Under the pieces are notes generated by a model, which saw only the letters and a list, made by a program, of their open reading frames with translations, searched no databases and was not told the origin of the DNA. DNA of 63,924 nt, filler included, from Craspedostauros australis (lineage: Eukaryota), in the NCBI GenBank assembly GCA_030167865.1. It is 16 parts of 16 records of this genome, joined end to end, with 100 filler letters (N's around TTAATTAATTAA, not from the genome) between each part and the next. Parts side by side here need not be neighbours in the genome. Positions count along the whole stretch, not along the records: positions 22,241 to 24,005 come from JALAGF010001472.1; positions 24,106 to 26,765 come from JALAGF010001473.1; positions 26,866 to 28,548 come from JALAGF010001474.1; positions 28,649 to 30,357 come from JALAGF010001475.1; positions 30,458 to 32,343 come from JALAGF010001477.1; positions 32,444 to 37,333 come from JALAGF010001478.1; 10 more parts are not named here. One strand, 5' to 3'. Below, piece after piece: positions 23,379-35,191 of this stretch (the first letter of the stretch is position 1; each line of letters starts with the position of its first letter). The position numbers and the translations under genes are program-made.

Positions 23379-23995
23379 TATGTTGGTGATCTGTGCGGCA
23401 AGAACAGTGGAGGCAGCATGGTATCGCTCTGCTTGTTGATTGCTGAACGTGTCAACCCATCCCAACACGCAATGTGATGTTGATTTGGTGTTGAGGGCTC
23501 TTGTTGCCCGCGCAGATGGTGATGCTTGCAATGCAGTGGGATGGCAACCAGCCAAGTCCAAATGAGATGGGTCGCAACCAACAGAGGCAGTCACATCGGT
23601 GGCTTCATTGGTGGCTTCATCTTTGTTCAAGGCATTGGTTCACACCTCAAGTTGGTGCTTGCGATGGCAGGTGGATGAGGGTCAACGGTATTGCAGATGC
23701 CACGATGACGCAAGCAAGCAAGCAAGGGTCATGGTGCACATGGTGGTGGTGATGACAGCTCTCTCTCTCTCNNNNNNNNNNNNNNNNNNNNNNNNNNNNT
23801 CTCTCTGTCTCTGGAGCCTTTCACGTTGTTTGCTTCAAATTGATGTGGTGTTGATTGTGACTGATGTCGAGTTGTTGGAGGCAGGCTCAAGGCCACAAGA
23901 CCGTTCAGACCAATGGAAACACTCAATGACCATTTCGAACCACCTTTGTGTCACGATCAATGATCTCTCGCATTCGTTGTGCTTCGACAGATGTC
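23379..23995 (+). repeat. Dispersed repeat matching 51412-51968 (region upstream of the ankyrin-BTB gene)
   Basis: Collinear similarity including the CT microsatellite. Many differences are CpG transitions. Confidence 0.85.
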
Positions 23996-25632
23996 CAAAC
24001 AGACANNNNNNNNNNNNNNNNNNNNNNNNNNNNNNNNNNNNNNNNNNNNTTAATTAATTAANNNNNNNNNNNNNNNNNNNNNNNNNNNNNNNNNNNNNNN
24101 NNNNNGTAGAGTCTACGACGTTCTGGTACAGAAATTTGTTGCGTTTTGGTCCAATAGCGACCGACTGTCTTCCAAAGACCCGCATCCAATTATGTTTCGT
24201 CGATTGCTCAAGTGAATGACATGGCTATATTCGTCACTTCATTCTGCTTCGGGTGATGTGCTGGTCAGCGGTCCGGAATGCGTTTGTGTGTTGCTTTGGG
24301 TGTTTGAAGTTAGTCACTAATGCTCGTGACAGCCATGATCATCAATCCGTGAACGCACAAAAGTTCGCGCCAAAAAANNNNNNNNNNNNNNNNNNNNNNN
24401 NNNNNNNNNNNNGTTTTGTTCGCAGGAGTCTCTTTACTTTATGCAAGGTTGTGCATCGCCCTGACGTCGGATCATCGTTCCGTTGCTTTCAGGTGACGCA
24501 GAATCCTCTCTTGCACCTGCCCATGTAGCCTTGGTCTTCGAATCTCACTTCCTCCAAAGATATACCAATTGCAAGTTTTTCGTCACTTTATAGTGTACTA
24601 TCCTCGCGAGGAAACATCGCTTCCTGATCAGGCGCCAAAACTGTCTTCATTGACACCGGTTGCTACGCTCATGCGATGGGCGGGGTCGTTGACGCAGTCG
24701 CTGTTCGTGCTCTATCAAACCGCGTTCGAACCGTTCTGTGCAGGTAGCCTGATGTTCTATACTGATCTCCAGCACAACTATGGCCAATCGAACACCGGCC
24801 TCTACATTGCGCAGGTGACACATGCTAAAATGCGCGCACATGGCGTGGAAATTTTGTGCGGCGCAGTTGCACATGCTCAGCGATGCGGAAGATCCAAAGA
24901 AGAGCGGTGAGAGCCTGGCGAGGTGGAACTCCTCAGTGTGAAACAGTCGACTGTGCTCTATTCTGGACTGCTATTGTGTGCTGCTGCTAACCAAGGGATC
25001 ATTGCTCTCCCAAGCAGGATTGATGCAACAATACACATGCATCCAAGTTGTTGTTGCCAAGACTGTTGCTGGTGTACAGTATTCTGGAGTAGAATTAAAA
25101 TGCTATTGTAGAAAGTAGCAACCATAACATCAACTACAATGCAATGCAATGATTGAAGACACAATGGATGCTATCAGGATGTAAGGAACTGATCATGGCA
25201 TGTGAGGAACACATCGGTCGGTACACATTGCGTTGTGATCATTTCCACCGCGTGTGAACACGCACTGGGGCACACAGAAATTCGCCACGATACATCGAGG
25301 TGATTGGCATTCGTGAATGGGAACAAAGAGTGCCTGCTCCAGAGAAACGAGCAGATCTCGACAACTACCCATACAATCGCCGCCAAACTTGGAGAGGGTG
25401 ATTCAAAGCCACACGTGCGAATGCTCACAAAAGGAGAGCTCAAACAAAAGGAGCGGCATGAACTTGCCGAGGAGGTTTGTGGCAGACAAGGTGGTTTTTG
25501 GGCCGCTTCGAGTGGGACTGACGTACAAAATGTACCAGCGTCTACGGAGAAATTGACTCATACGACTAGTTACCAATTGTTACCAATGGTTACCAAAAAA
25601 ATTGGCCTCCACCCAAGCCAAAAGACACTAGT

Positions 25633-26200
25633 TGTTGGTGCAGAAGCTGAAAATGTGAGAACAGATGGCGCGGAAGGCGAAAAACCCACTGACGTCATTC
25701 GCCGGTTCACCTCAACGGCTGGCAGCCACCACCAGCACCAAGCAAGCAAACACAAACCAACCAACACCAGCAGGAAGGACAACAAACACAAGCAAACCAG
25801 CATCAGCAGGACCGGCAACAAACAGTAGTCATAATCCCTGTTTAAAATATCTGGTTACCACCCCATCAACAACCGCACTGCTCTTTGTCTGGACCGACCT
25901 TCGGCTCATCGCCAAGTAGCTGCCGGCGGCAGAGCCATTGCTTCAACATATTTTAAACAGGAAAGCGCTTCATCACCACGATGAGCACAGACACCAAGCC
26001 CACCAAGCCAAAAGGCGAGGGAGAAACAAACAACAACAACAACAAAAACCGACCGGCGTTCATCAAGACAGCCAAGTTCGATGGCGCATGCCCCGAACTC
26101 AAAGGGATGATCTTCGACTGCACTGCCTCTTGCACACGACAGGCGGAGGACTTCAAACAAACCATTGACGCTGTGGAGATCTACGCAGCCACCACCTATG
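25633..26200 (+). mobile_element. Diatom Copia (CoDi-type) 5' LTR (25633-25871) and N-terminal gag (ATG 25981), interrupted at 26201
   Basis: LTR ends TGTTGGTG...CATCAACA (7/8 inverted match). Gag motif KFDGACPELKGMIFD..QAEDFKQT. Confidence 0.7.
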
Positions 26201-26765
26201 TGTTAGGAATTGAGGGTACGACTTTGTCGGAATACCCATGATTGCCGCACCTCCCAATATTGTTCGTCACAGCTTTGAATATTATTCGTCACATGTTCGG
26301 AGACTATTTGTCATACCTTTGTATACCATGTCATTATGACTATGACTAAGGATACGGACGCGATTGATACCTGTATAACCGCGAGGAGGATAGCCTGGCC
26401 TCCAGCAACGCAAGGACGACACCTATGGCGGATCAGGAGGTCCCGATGCCGCGCCAACCATGGCAACCATCCAGACGACGACATCGATCAGAACAGCAAG
26501 TCCATGGGCAAGTGACGCACCTTCTTCAGAGGACAGCATGTGCCCCTCCTGCAGACAAGAACATCCACAGGTTTGGAACATCACCAAAGGTGACATCGAC
26601 CATGAGACGATGGTGTCATGGGATCAACGACGGAAACATGAGATAGGCAAGCGCTCAAGACTGCAGATCCCTTGTCAGGAGTCGAGGGTACGACTCTGTC
26701 GGAAAGATACCCATGATTGCCGCAACTCCCAACATTATTTGTCACACCTTTGGATATTATTCGTC
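26201..26765. mobile_element. Nested LTR-like insertion with two direct-repeat starts 472 bp apart (TRIM-like or tandem LTR)
   Basis: TGTTAGGAATTGAGGGTACGACT... at 26201 recurs as TGTCAGGAGTCGAGGGTACGACT... at 26673 and continues to the contig end. Confidence 0.65.
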
Positions 26766-26982
26766 NNNNNNNNNNNNNNNNNNNNNNNNNNNNNNNNNNN
26801 NNNNNNNNNTTAATTAATTAANNNNNNNNNNNNNNNNNNNNNNNNNNNNNNNNNNNNNNNNNNNNCACCAAATCCAACAAGCGATGGTCGATCTCGGAGC
26901 GGTCCGGTCAATTTGTGACGATGGAGCGGTTCTGAGAAGCTCTGGACTACTATGAGAATGTTACATGTCGTTATCATATAAT

Positions 26983-27246
26983 CCGTGTGAGCTAATAACG
27001 GCGCGGTCCAGGCAGGATTCTTTGATTTTGGACCTTCAATTGAAATGAAACTTGATACACATGCACTTTAACATATACAGATTCGTAATACGAGATTGCA
27101 GCTTCATAGAGGCTTTAGTTGTACAGTTCTGAGGTGATGAAGTTGGGCAGGCTACCTCCAATGGAGCCCCTGATCTGTCGTGTTGTTTTTTCTGGGTTTG
27201 GGATTATCTCAAGCCATTTGGTTTTGTCCACGACTTCGAGAATCTG
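26983..27246. repeat. Dispersed repeat family B (probable transposon terminal region); second copy at 38813-39076
   Basis: Shared blocks GCGGTCCAGGCAGGATTCTTTGATTTTGG and GAAGTTGGGCAGGCTACCTC. Similarity ends at TTCGAGAATCTG. Confidence 0.8.
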
Positions 27247-27525
27247 GGACACCCGGCAAAATGGGTCGAATTAGTCGATTTTGGAGATGTCTGATTCAGC
27301 CAATTAGAACTTGTTATTATTGCGATGACAAATCTTCCCGCGAAAAAGAATGCTCTCGACTCAAATTTCGTTCTCATCAACACACATTCATTCCCCACAC
27401 GACATCGACTAACACACCGAACAGCACAGAAGGACCATCATGAGGAACAACAGCCACAATACTCGAAGAGAGCGATGTCGATAGAGTAGACGAGAGGCGG
27501 CGCAACGCAAAGCAAGCCAAGTGCG

Positions 27526-28548
27526 ATGGCGAGGAATCATCACTACAAAGGGAATCGGCGGAAATGTGTACTACTATGGGTGTTGAGCGCCGTCGCGATT
27601 GTTGTCCTTGGAAACGCGGTGATCCATTCAAAGATCTTTTCCCAGGCCTCCATCGAGACGATTGATGCCCCCTTCGTGGGATTGCACAACGATCACATTG
27701 CTGTTGCGGCAGACAATACCCCAAATGGCAACACGCAGCCTCGACGGAAGTGGGCCTACGTCTACCTCATGGCTGGATGCGACTCCACCAATCCAGGCAA
27801 CCACCTCGGCATGCTCTACAACGTCGTCGTCGCGGCACGTGTGCTACGCAACGCGGGATCGAAGGTGGATATCGTTGTCATGGTCGAGATGTTCCACAGC
27901 GCGCCAAATGACAGGCTGCTGCCAGAGGAGGAGAGGATGTTGTGGGAATCAGGTGTCAAGATCAAATACATGGAGCGGTCCAACGAGAAGATGACGTTTC
28001 ACGAGGCGATGCTACGAAAATTCGAGATCTTGAAACTCACTGAGTACAGCAGAGTCTTGTACATGGACGCCGACATCATGCCATTCTGTTCCATGGATGA
28101 TCTCTTTGATTTGTCAGAGCCTGATCCGCAGGCATTGGCTGACCAGGGGCTGACGCAGCCAGTCCTCCGCAAGAATATGGTGCTGACCTGGACCTCCTCA
28201 CCAGCCAACGGCGGATTCTTTATGCTGAGACCAGCGCCAGGGTTCTACGATGAGATACAAGCAATCATCGAACGGCAAGAGAAAGAGGCAAGCCTCATCA
28301 CCAAAGGCCCCAAGTTCAACCAGACGAGGGGTTGGGGGCACGTGTTTGAGGGTGGCGATGATGTATGGACGACGTTTCGCCATATCGAGGACCGCAAGAA
28401 GGGCCTGAACAAGAAATGGGCGTGGCACTGTGAGCACGGAGATCAGGGACTGCTGTACTACTGGGTCAAGTATCACCGCCGTGATGTTTCTATCATCATT
28501 GGGCCCACGACAGAGCATTGGGTTGATCGTGACGGATCCGCCGTGCTG
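27526..28548 (+). CDS. GT8/glycogenin-like type II membrane glycosyltransferase, 3'-truncated
   Basis: N-terminal TM segment, WAYVYL, KFEILKLTEYSRVLYMDAD (DxD), ANGGFFML, GDQGLLYYW. Confidence 0.85.
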
Positions 28549-28648
28549 NNNNNNNNNNNNNNNNNNNNNNNNNNNNNNNNNNNNNNNNNNNNTTAATTAA
28601 TTAANNNNNNNNNNNNNNNNNNNNNNNNNNNNNNNNNNNNNNNNNNNN

Positions 28649-29127
28649 TCACAGACAACGCAGGTAATTTCTCGAGATGGGAAGTGGAACTCTTCACGGC
28701 CTGCGTCCAAGCCAAAGATTATTTTGATTCCAGCACAATTGACAACCAGAAAATCTGCAAGAACAGAGACAGGGTCTACGACAGCTTCCTTGACATCGTA
28801 TTTGGCTCGAATCGACTGTACTGCGTTGCAAGCAGGGAAGACAAACTTGGTCTTGATAGCCCGTATAAAGGAGCGGCGGCCAATGGAACATCCCTTCACG
28901 CAGGCCTTCCCACCGATAAGAGTCCACTGCTGAGCACATCGATGACCAAGCTCGATGATCTTCGCCGGCAAAGTAAGAAGACCAGCAAGTATGCGAGGGG
29001 TCTGACCACCCATGAGGAATTGGAAAATGCGGCGGATATAGTCGCTGGGATCAATAGGACGAATCCTTGGTTGGAGGATGTGATCGCCAGCCTCGAGAAA
29101 TCAAGCGGAAGTGGCAAAGAGCCGTAG
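28649..29127 (+). CDS. C-terminal fragment of an unknown protein
   Basis: Frame open from the contig start to TAG at 29127. No recognisable motif. Confidence 0.4.
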
Positions 29128-29230
29128 TCACACGAGAAGAGAGATTAGTCCAAGGACGAAGAAACAATTGGAGATGGCGAGAGCCATGATGCAGAACCGG
29201 ATGGGAGTGCGTAAAGGCGTGATGATCGAC

Positions 29231-29287
29231 CATACATACATACTAGTACATACATACTAGTACATACATACTAGTACATACATACAT
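29231..29287. repeat. Short tandem repeat (CATACATACTAGTA)n
   Basis: Directly visible in the sequence. Confidence 0.85.
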
Positions 29288-30457
29288 GCAAACTTCCATC
29301 TCCTACGTTGCAATGCAGAAACTTCAAAGTGAATGAGTGCTGCTCCATCGAGTTGTGATCGCAGAGGCAAAGTATGACCGTTGAAAGCTGTGGTTCGTCT
29401 GCTCTGTTCCATGGTCATGATACTCTTTGGCACCACATCCGTGCATACTTAGATCTACGCAGGTGTTCTGTTTGCTCCACACTCTACTACGACCCAGGTG
29501 AGCGAGTGGACCAACCTTTGGTAAAGTAGAGTGGCACTTTTTCTTCGATTTAAACGGAACTAAGCATACCAACCTACTCATTATAGTGTCCATAGCAACA
29601 GGAAAATTACCCAGAGCCTTGAAGTCCGTAGTTTAGGTTTTATGGACCTGTCAATGTGCNNNNNNNNNNNNNNNNNNNNNNNNNNNNNNNNNNNNNNNNN
29701 NNNNNNNNNNNNNNNNNNNNNNNNNNGTGTTCTTGGTTTTGGCGAATTTGTTCACATTTTGAATTAATTAGTCCTTATTTTGTTCCTCCATTTTCGCCAC
29801 CAGTCTCCGTCTCATCCTCGTGCGAATCGCATCCCTTACTTCTTGCGGGACTATCTCTTCGTTCTCCACGTGCCTCCTGGTGGTGTTCGCCTCACACCAC
29901 ATCCTATTCTCCCTTTCCTCTTCTTCTATTAGCGCAACGCTAAATCTCTAACAATAGCGACACCCGTCGACCAATCAGAAATATCCACTTTTCTTACCTT
30001 TTCCGTTCCGAACGGAAATTTTGGTCGAAAATCCGTTGTGTCAAATTTGTGTCGCATTTCGCGTCGCAAGAATCGTTTTCCCGTCAAACATGTTGGAAAT
30101 CCGGGGTTAGGTAGTAGATTAATCTGTTATCAATCTGTACCAATTTAGAACTGTGAGAACAAACTCCTTGACTCTNNNNNNNNNNNNNNNNNNNNNNNNN
30201 NNNNNNNNNNNNNNNNNNNNNNNNNNNNNNNNNNNNNNNNNNNNNNNNNNNNNNNNNNNNNNCTTGCTCTCATGCTCTCTTCTGCAGATTCATCATGCAT
30301 TCTCGTGGTGATTGCATCTTCTACATTCGAGCAGCATCTCTCATAGACGCACAGGTANNNNNNNNNNNNNNNNNNNNNNNNNNNNNNNNNNNNNNNNNNN
30401 NTTAATTAATTAANNNNNNNNNNNNNNNNNNNNNNNNNNNNNNNNNNNNNNNNNNNN

Positions 30458-31333
30458 GGATTTTGCGGATGCCAGCTCTTCAGGCGAAGCATGGTCAAAG
30501 GCATAAGAGATGTCCTCAGTCGTCAACCGTTGTCTTGGATGTTTGAGCTGCAGTTGTTTCACGAAGATGGCACGCGGCATGAAGTATTGCTTTTGCTTCT
30601 TGGGGCAGGTGAAGATGGTGCTGCCTGCATCACTGCGCTTCTTCCGTTCCAGCTTGTTCTTTTGGAATTTCTTGATGTTGCTTGCAACAGTGGTGGCACC
30701 AATATCCCAAGCATGGGCGATCAATTTNGTGTTGGCTGGGATCGCACCCAAGTTGAAGTAGAGAACGATGTAGTTGTGCTTGTCTTGCGTATCAAGTTGT
30801 TTCTTTCTATTGGTGGGCTTAGTGTTGCTACGCCCTCCATCCTTTCGCAACCATCCTTTCGTTCTTGCGCCTCTCTTCATCTGCTTGTTGAGACGGGCAA
30901 TTGCCGTTTCTTTCTGCTGACGTGAGACCTCGAGAAAAGCGGCGATGCTGGCTTCTTGCGATTCCGTGGTAGTTGGGGATGGTGTGGGGGGCTTAGCCTT
31001 GTTGTTAACACGCGTAACAGCGACGGAGTGATGCTGGGGAGAAAGGAGGGAAGGCTTAGCAAGGCCACCAGCAGTGCGAGTCCGCGCGAAGGTAGCGAGG
31101 CTGTGTGGCGCGCACAGATCCTCACGAACAACGTACATTCGGCCCTGCCCCATCACAGGGGTCACCATGACCATTGCCACCTCTCCTGGTGCAAGAGGCC
31201 CATCGCGTTTGACTGTAACGCCGTTCGTGGTCTGCTTCATTGCAAACTCAACATGACATATGCCCAGGTCACGGATCCTGTCATTGGAGTCCGTGTGAGG
31301 TGCCACCTTCACACAATCACCAGCGCGCAGCAT
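30458..31333 (-). mobile_element. Probable transposase N-terminal region with a helix-turn-helix, truncated
   Basis: KLIAHAWDIGATTVASNIKKF followed by RKKRSDAG, an HTH plus basic linker seen in DDE transposases. Lies directly inside a family A arm. Confidence 0.5.
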
Positions 31334-31699
31334 GTTTGCAAGGTGAAGAGTACAGTGATTGCAGGATGATGTGTACTTTGTTTATGGAGGATGCAGTGTA
31401 CTTCAAAGGCGCGTCGCGACGCACACCAGAATCACGAGGACAGCGACACAGCGCATCGCATCACCAGCCATCAACACACAGCACGGCGCGGCGCATCACA
31501 GGGGGCATGGGCAACATTGGAGGACAGACACATTGTGCATTGTGTCGTCCGCTCTCTCCCATGTGGAGGGTCATAGTCATTCTACATTGTTGTAAAAGCA
31601 ATGGCTACAAGCAACAGAGAATCAACAGCAGCTCGTCCCAGATGCGCAATGTTTCCGTTGTCCACTTTGTGAGGTCAGTTTTGTTGTTGTGGAATGGAG

Positions 31700-32310
31700 G
31701 CGCAATTCGGGACTCGAAAAGTGTTCCCAATGGTTGGCACATTCGGTAGAATTGTGGTTAATTTCCATGGCCCCCGACAGCAAAAACTGTTCGAGAACAC
31801 CAAACACAACACAACAACATGACAATGGAGAAACACAACAAAACTCCTCAAGCACCGTCGAACGGCATCATCGGCACTGCAGCAACCAGCGGTCCATTGC
31901 AGGATCCGAGGGCATAGGCGGAACCGCCATGTAAATATTGGTGGATGAGCGAGAGGGGGATGCCGGAGTGGTTGATTTGGGGCCGTGGCAGGCCCACGCG
32001 CAAGCGACACGATTCAGAGGAACATCTGCTCGTTGGATATGGTCTCTGCCTGGAATGCACAGGCCATTCCAACGACTATTGATAGGCAAGACGCATCCAA
32101 GAGGATGCGATGAAGATGCACACGAAGTTTGAGGGTCGGGGGTGGCCTGGAAGGTGCCCTCCGCAAGAAACAAGTTGAGGGCAAGAGTTTTTTGGTGGGT
32201 GGCGGCGGACACACCACGTGACTTCGCTCGTGATGGGTGCCATTGGCAAGTCACCCAACTCGCAAAGCCACCCATACAAGATGTGTTCGGAATCAACTCA
32301 AGATGACCAG
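31700..32310. repeat. Diverged family A arm
   Basis: Shares CCGTCGAACGG, GTTGATTTGGGGCCGT, GAAGTTTGAGG and AAGCCACCCATACAAGAT, in order, with 2640-3270. Confidence 0.7.
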
Positions 32311-32460
32311 GGCGGAGCCTTCTCCACGGATACGGTCTGTAAGNNNNNNNNNNNNNNNNNNNNNNNNNNNNNNNNNNNNNNNNNNNNTTAATTAATTAAN
32401 NNNNNNNNNNNNNNNNNNNNNNNNNNNNNNNNNNNNNNNNNNNTGGCGATGATGTTGGAT

Positions 32461-32548
32461 GTGTGATGTGTTTTGTGTGATGTGTTTTGTGTCATGTGTT
32501 TTGTGTCATGTGTTTTGTGTCATGTGTTTTGTGTCATGTGTGTTGTGA
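32461..32548. repeat. 14-bp tandem repeat (TGTGTTTTGTGTCA), about 6 copies
   Basis: Directly visible in the sequence. Confidence 0.85.
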
Positions 32549-32744
32549 CGAGCAAAATGTGAGATCATGTCGCAGATGCTAACGTGTATTTAACGCGTAC
32601 CAAACGAACGACAATCCCGGCGTCTATTCCNNNNNNNNNNNNNNNNGGGTAAATGCACGAGAACATAATCGAACTTTCTGCGAAACAACTAGGAAGTTCA
32701 CGGGGGTCGACCCATACGACTTCACAAAACATTTGAATATGTAT

Positions 32745-32895
32745 AAAACTTAAAATAGGATCTAACTAAAAAATCCATCGGTTAATTATTTGTATTAGAC
32801 CTGCAAGGATTACGAATATGTGCTTGGTTGGGATATTCAAGATAAATTTTATAGACGCCAATAACGGAGTGCAGGTCGACTCACTGATCGGGCTC
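32745..32895 (-). repeat. Second copy of the 2150-2298 element end
   Basis: Reverse complement shares AGTGAGTCGACCTGCACTCCGTTATTGGC and AGGTCTAATACAAATAATTAACC. Confidence 0.85.
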
Positions 32896-33098
32896 ATAAT
32901 CGTATCCAAACACCACATCATGTGTCAACGATCATTCCGACGATCGCAAAGTGGATGAGTCATCGACATCTACTCCACACTACTGTAGTCGCATGTACCA
33001 TCGGCAACAAGAGAGTTGGAGACGGAACGTGACTTCCACAAACTTGCGACAGTGCAACAACAAATTGCATTCGATCGCATTCTTACACAACGGAGAAG

Positions 33099-34725
33099 AT
33101 GAGATCCTTTCCACAGATTCTGACGGTCTCAGCTCTGCTGCTGATGTCCTCGATGGTGATGGAATGTGCCGATGCATTCATCGTCAATCCATCCAGGGGC
33201 CCTGAATCAGCCACGATGCTGCATGCCAACCAGAACGAATCGGCCGACGTCACATCCAGACGTTCGATGCTGCTCTCCACAGCTGCCGGTGCTGTGGGTG
33301 CAGCAACCGCCTTGATGGTGTCACCACCTCAACCAGCACACGCCCGCCTCGAGGCTGTCAACCGTCCCGATCTACTCCCAACAGAGGCAGGTCTCAACGT
33401 CATCCAAACGGAGAAGTTCCTCACATCGGGACAGGCCAAGCGACTCGATGGCATGCTGACCAATCTGGAACGTGACACCGGCTTTCGTTTGCGTCTGCTC
33501 TGTCAGAACTACCCCAACACACCTGGATTGGCCATCCGCGACTACTGGGATTTGGGCAAGGAAGGGCAGAAGGATGACAAGTACATCGTTCTCGTCGTTG
33601 ATCAGTTTGGCGGACGTGGTAGGTCCCATCGTTTGCAGAGTGGCGTGTTGCACCACGTGAGCATCGAAGTGCTTCTTTGAGATCATACTCGTACGCATGG
33701 TCTAAGAACGTCCGGGGTACCAACCCATCGATCAAAGCAGGCATGCGCCTTTGCTCCATTCGGTTTGATGCAACCACGCCTCCAGCTTTCATGCCAGATG
33801 TGGCCACCCTCGGTCAGTCCCTTTTTCATTCGTTCTCACCATTCCTCTCTCATCGCTTCGTACCAAATCCATGTGAATTGCAATGCTGGTGGCGCCCAAA
33901 ACAACGCTGTATCATAAACGATGGCGGCATCGCACATGCACAATTCAAATGATGATGCAACCCAACGTATGTACACAGGCAATGTATTGAACTTCAATGT
34001 CGGAGACGGTGTGAAGGTAAGGGACAGCGCATGGTGTGCAAAGTTGGATGTCGTGTAATGATTTCATTGGCATACCGACGCGAAGGGAGTTTGAGAGTAC
34101 GCCACCGCTACACCAACATGAGAAGCTCTCCTGCAGGCTGGCCTTCTGATGATCAGCGCAACCGATCATTCAACCGCAATGTTTCTCACAAATTCATCTT
34201 GCCCCTGTTCTTTTCTGACACTTGTTTCTGTTACAAACGTACCTGTAGTTTGCTTTGCCAAATGTGTTCTGGACTCGGCTTTCGGGAAAGTATGGAACGG
34301 TGAGTAACTGCTGAATCATTGTGTTTCCGTTTGCGAGCGAGAGGATGGGGTGGTCGTTCATCGGCATGCTGATGCATTGCAGGGCGTGTAGATAGTATTT
34401 TGGCGTCTCTCTCATGTGTACATGACAGTCACGCCACATGACAGTCACGCCACATGACGGTCACGCCATACGAACAGCACTCACTGATATCCTCTGCCTT
34501 ATTTTTACGCAACTACATGTTCCACTCTTCTCCATGATGTGTTGCTCGCTCTTGTTGCTGGTCGCTGTTGCTGCCACACAGACATTCTACGTTCGTGACA
34601 ACGGCATCGACCTGGCCATCACGAACGCTGTGGAAGCAATCGTGTCCTGCCTGAGATCCGAGGATGGCTTCTGCACCAGCCCACCAGACGAGGCACAGAG
34701 TCTGAGAGGGTTGGGATTCAAATGA
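33099..34725 (+). CDS. Thylakoid lumenal TPM-domain (15 kDa protein 2-like) protein; exons 33099-33618, 33979-34016, 34249-34299, 34582-34725
   Basis: ADA|F signal cleavage, SRR twin-Arg, PAHA|RLEAVNRPDLLP, DTGFRLRLLCQNYPNTPGLAIRDYW. Spliced GNVLNFNVG, FWTRLSGKYG and AIVSCLR. Canonical introns keep the frame. Confidence 0.9.
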
Positions 34726-35191
34726 GTCAAGGTTCGGGATAGCGTTGATTTCATTTCTTGGATCATGTGGAGTCAAACCCGACATGACATGCACTCTCGT
34801 GTTGTGGAAGCATAGACGCCACAGCAGCAACTGCATGAGGCTAACTCGATGAATGGCTACTGCTACTGCTATTACAACTACTACAATTCACATCTTTGCC
34901 CACCTTAAAGTGTGTCCGGCGAAAGGGCGAAAAGGCAACAGACATTCTGTCTTCGTTCTTTTTTCATCATGCAGTGTGTATTAGTACTGATACTTATTCT
35001 ATGAAATGATTGATCTCCGATATTGGACGGTAGGTGGTGGAATGCACCGGAGCGCGACGAGTTCCAAGAGTGTCGTGTTCTTGAATTACAACTTGGTCAC
35101 CATGGAGCTCCTCGAATTGTGTGAGCATTGTACTCGATGACGGCATCCTTCCGTTGATGTTCACCATTCGACATCAAAATCGACTTCAGCG

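Noticed and set aside
25598..25632. Helitron 3' end (TTGGC..GCCAA hairpin then CTAG|T)
   Set aside because: Stem is only 5 bp, with no second copy or 5' end to support it.
32310..32895. Family A arm and the 32745-32895 end as one contiguous element
   Set aside because: Separated by an artificial linker (32344-32443), so adjacency is uninformative.
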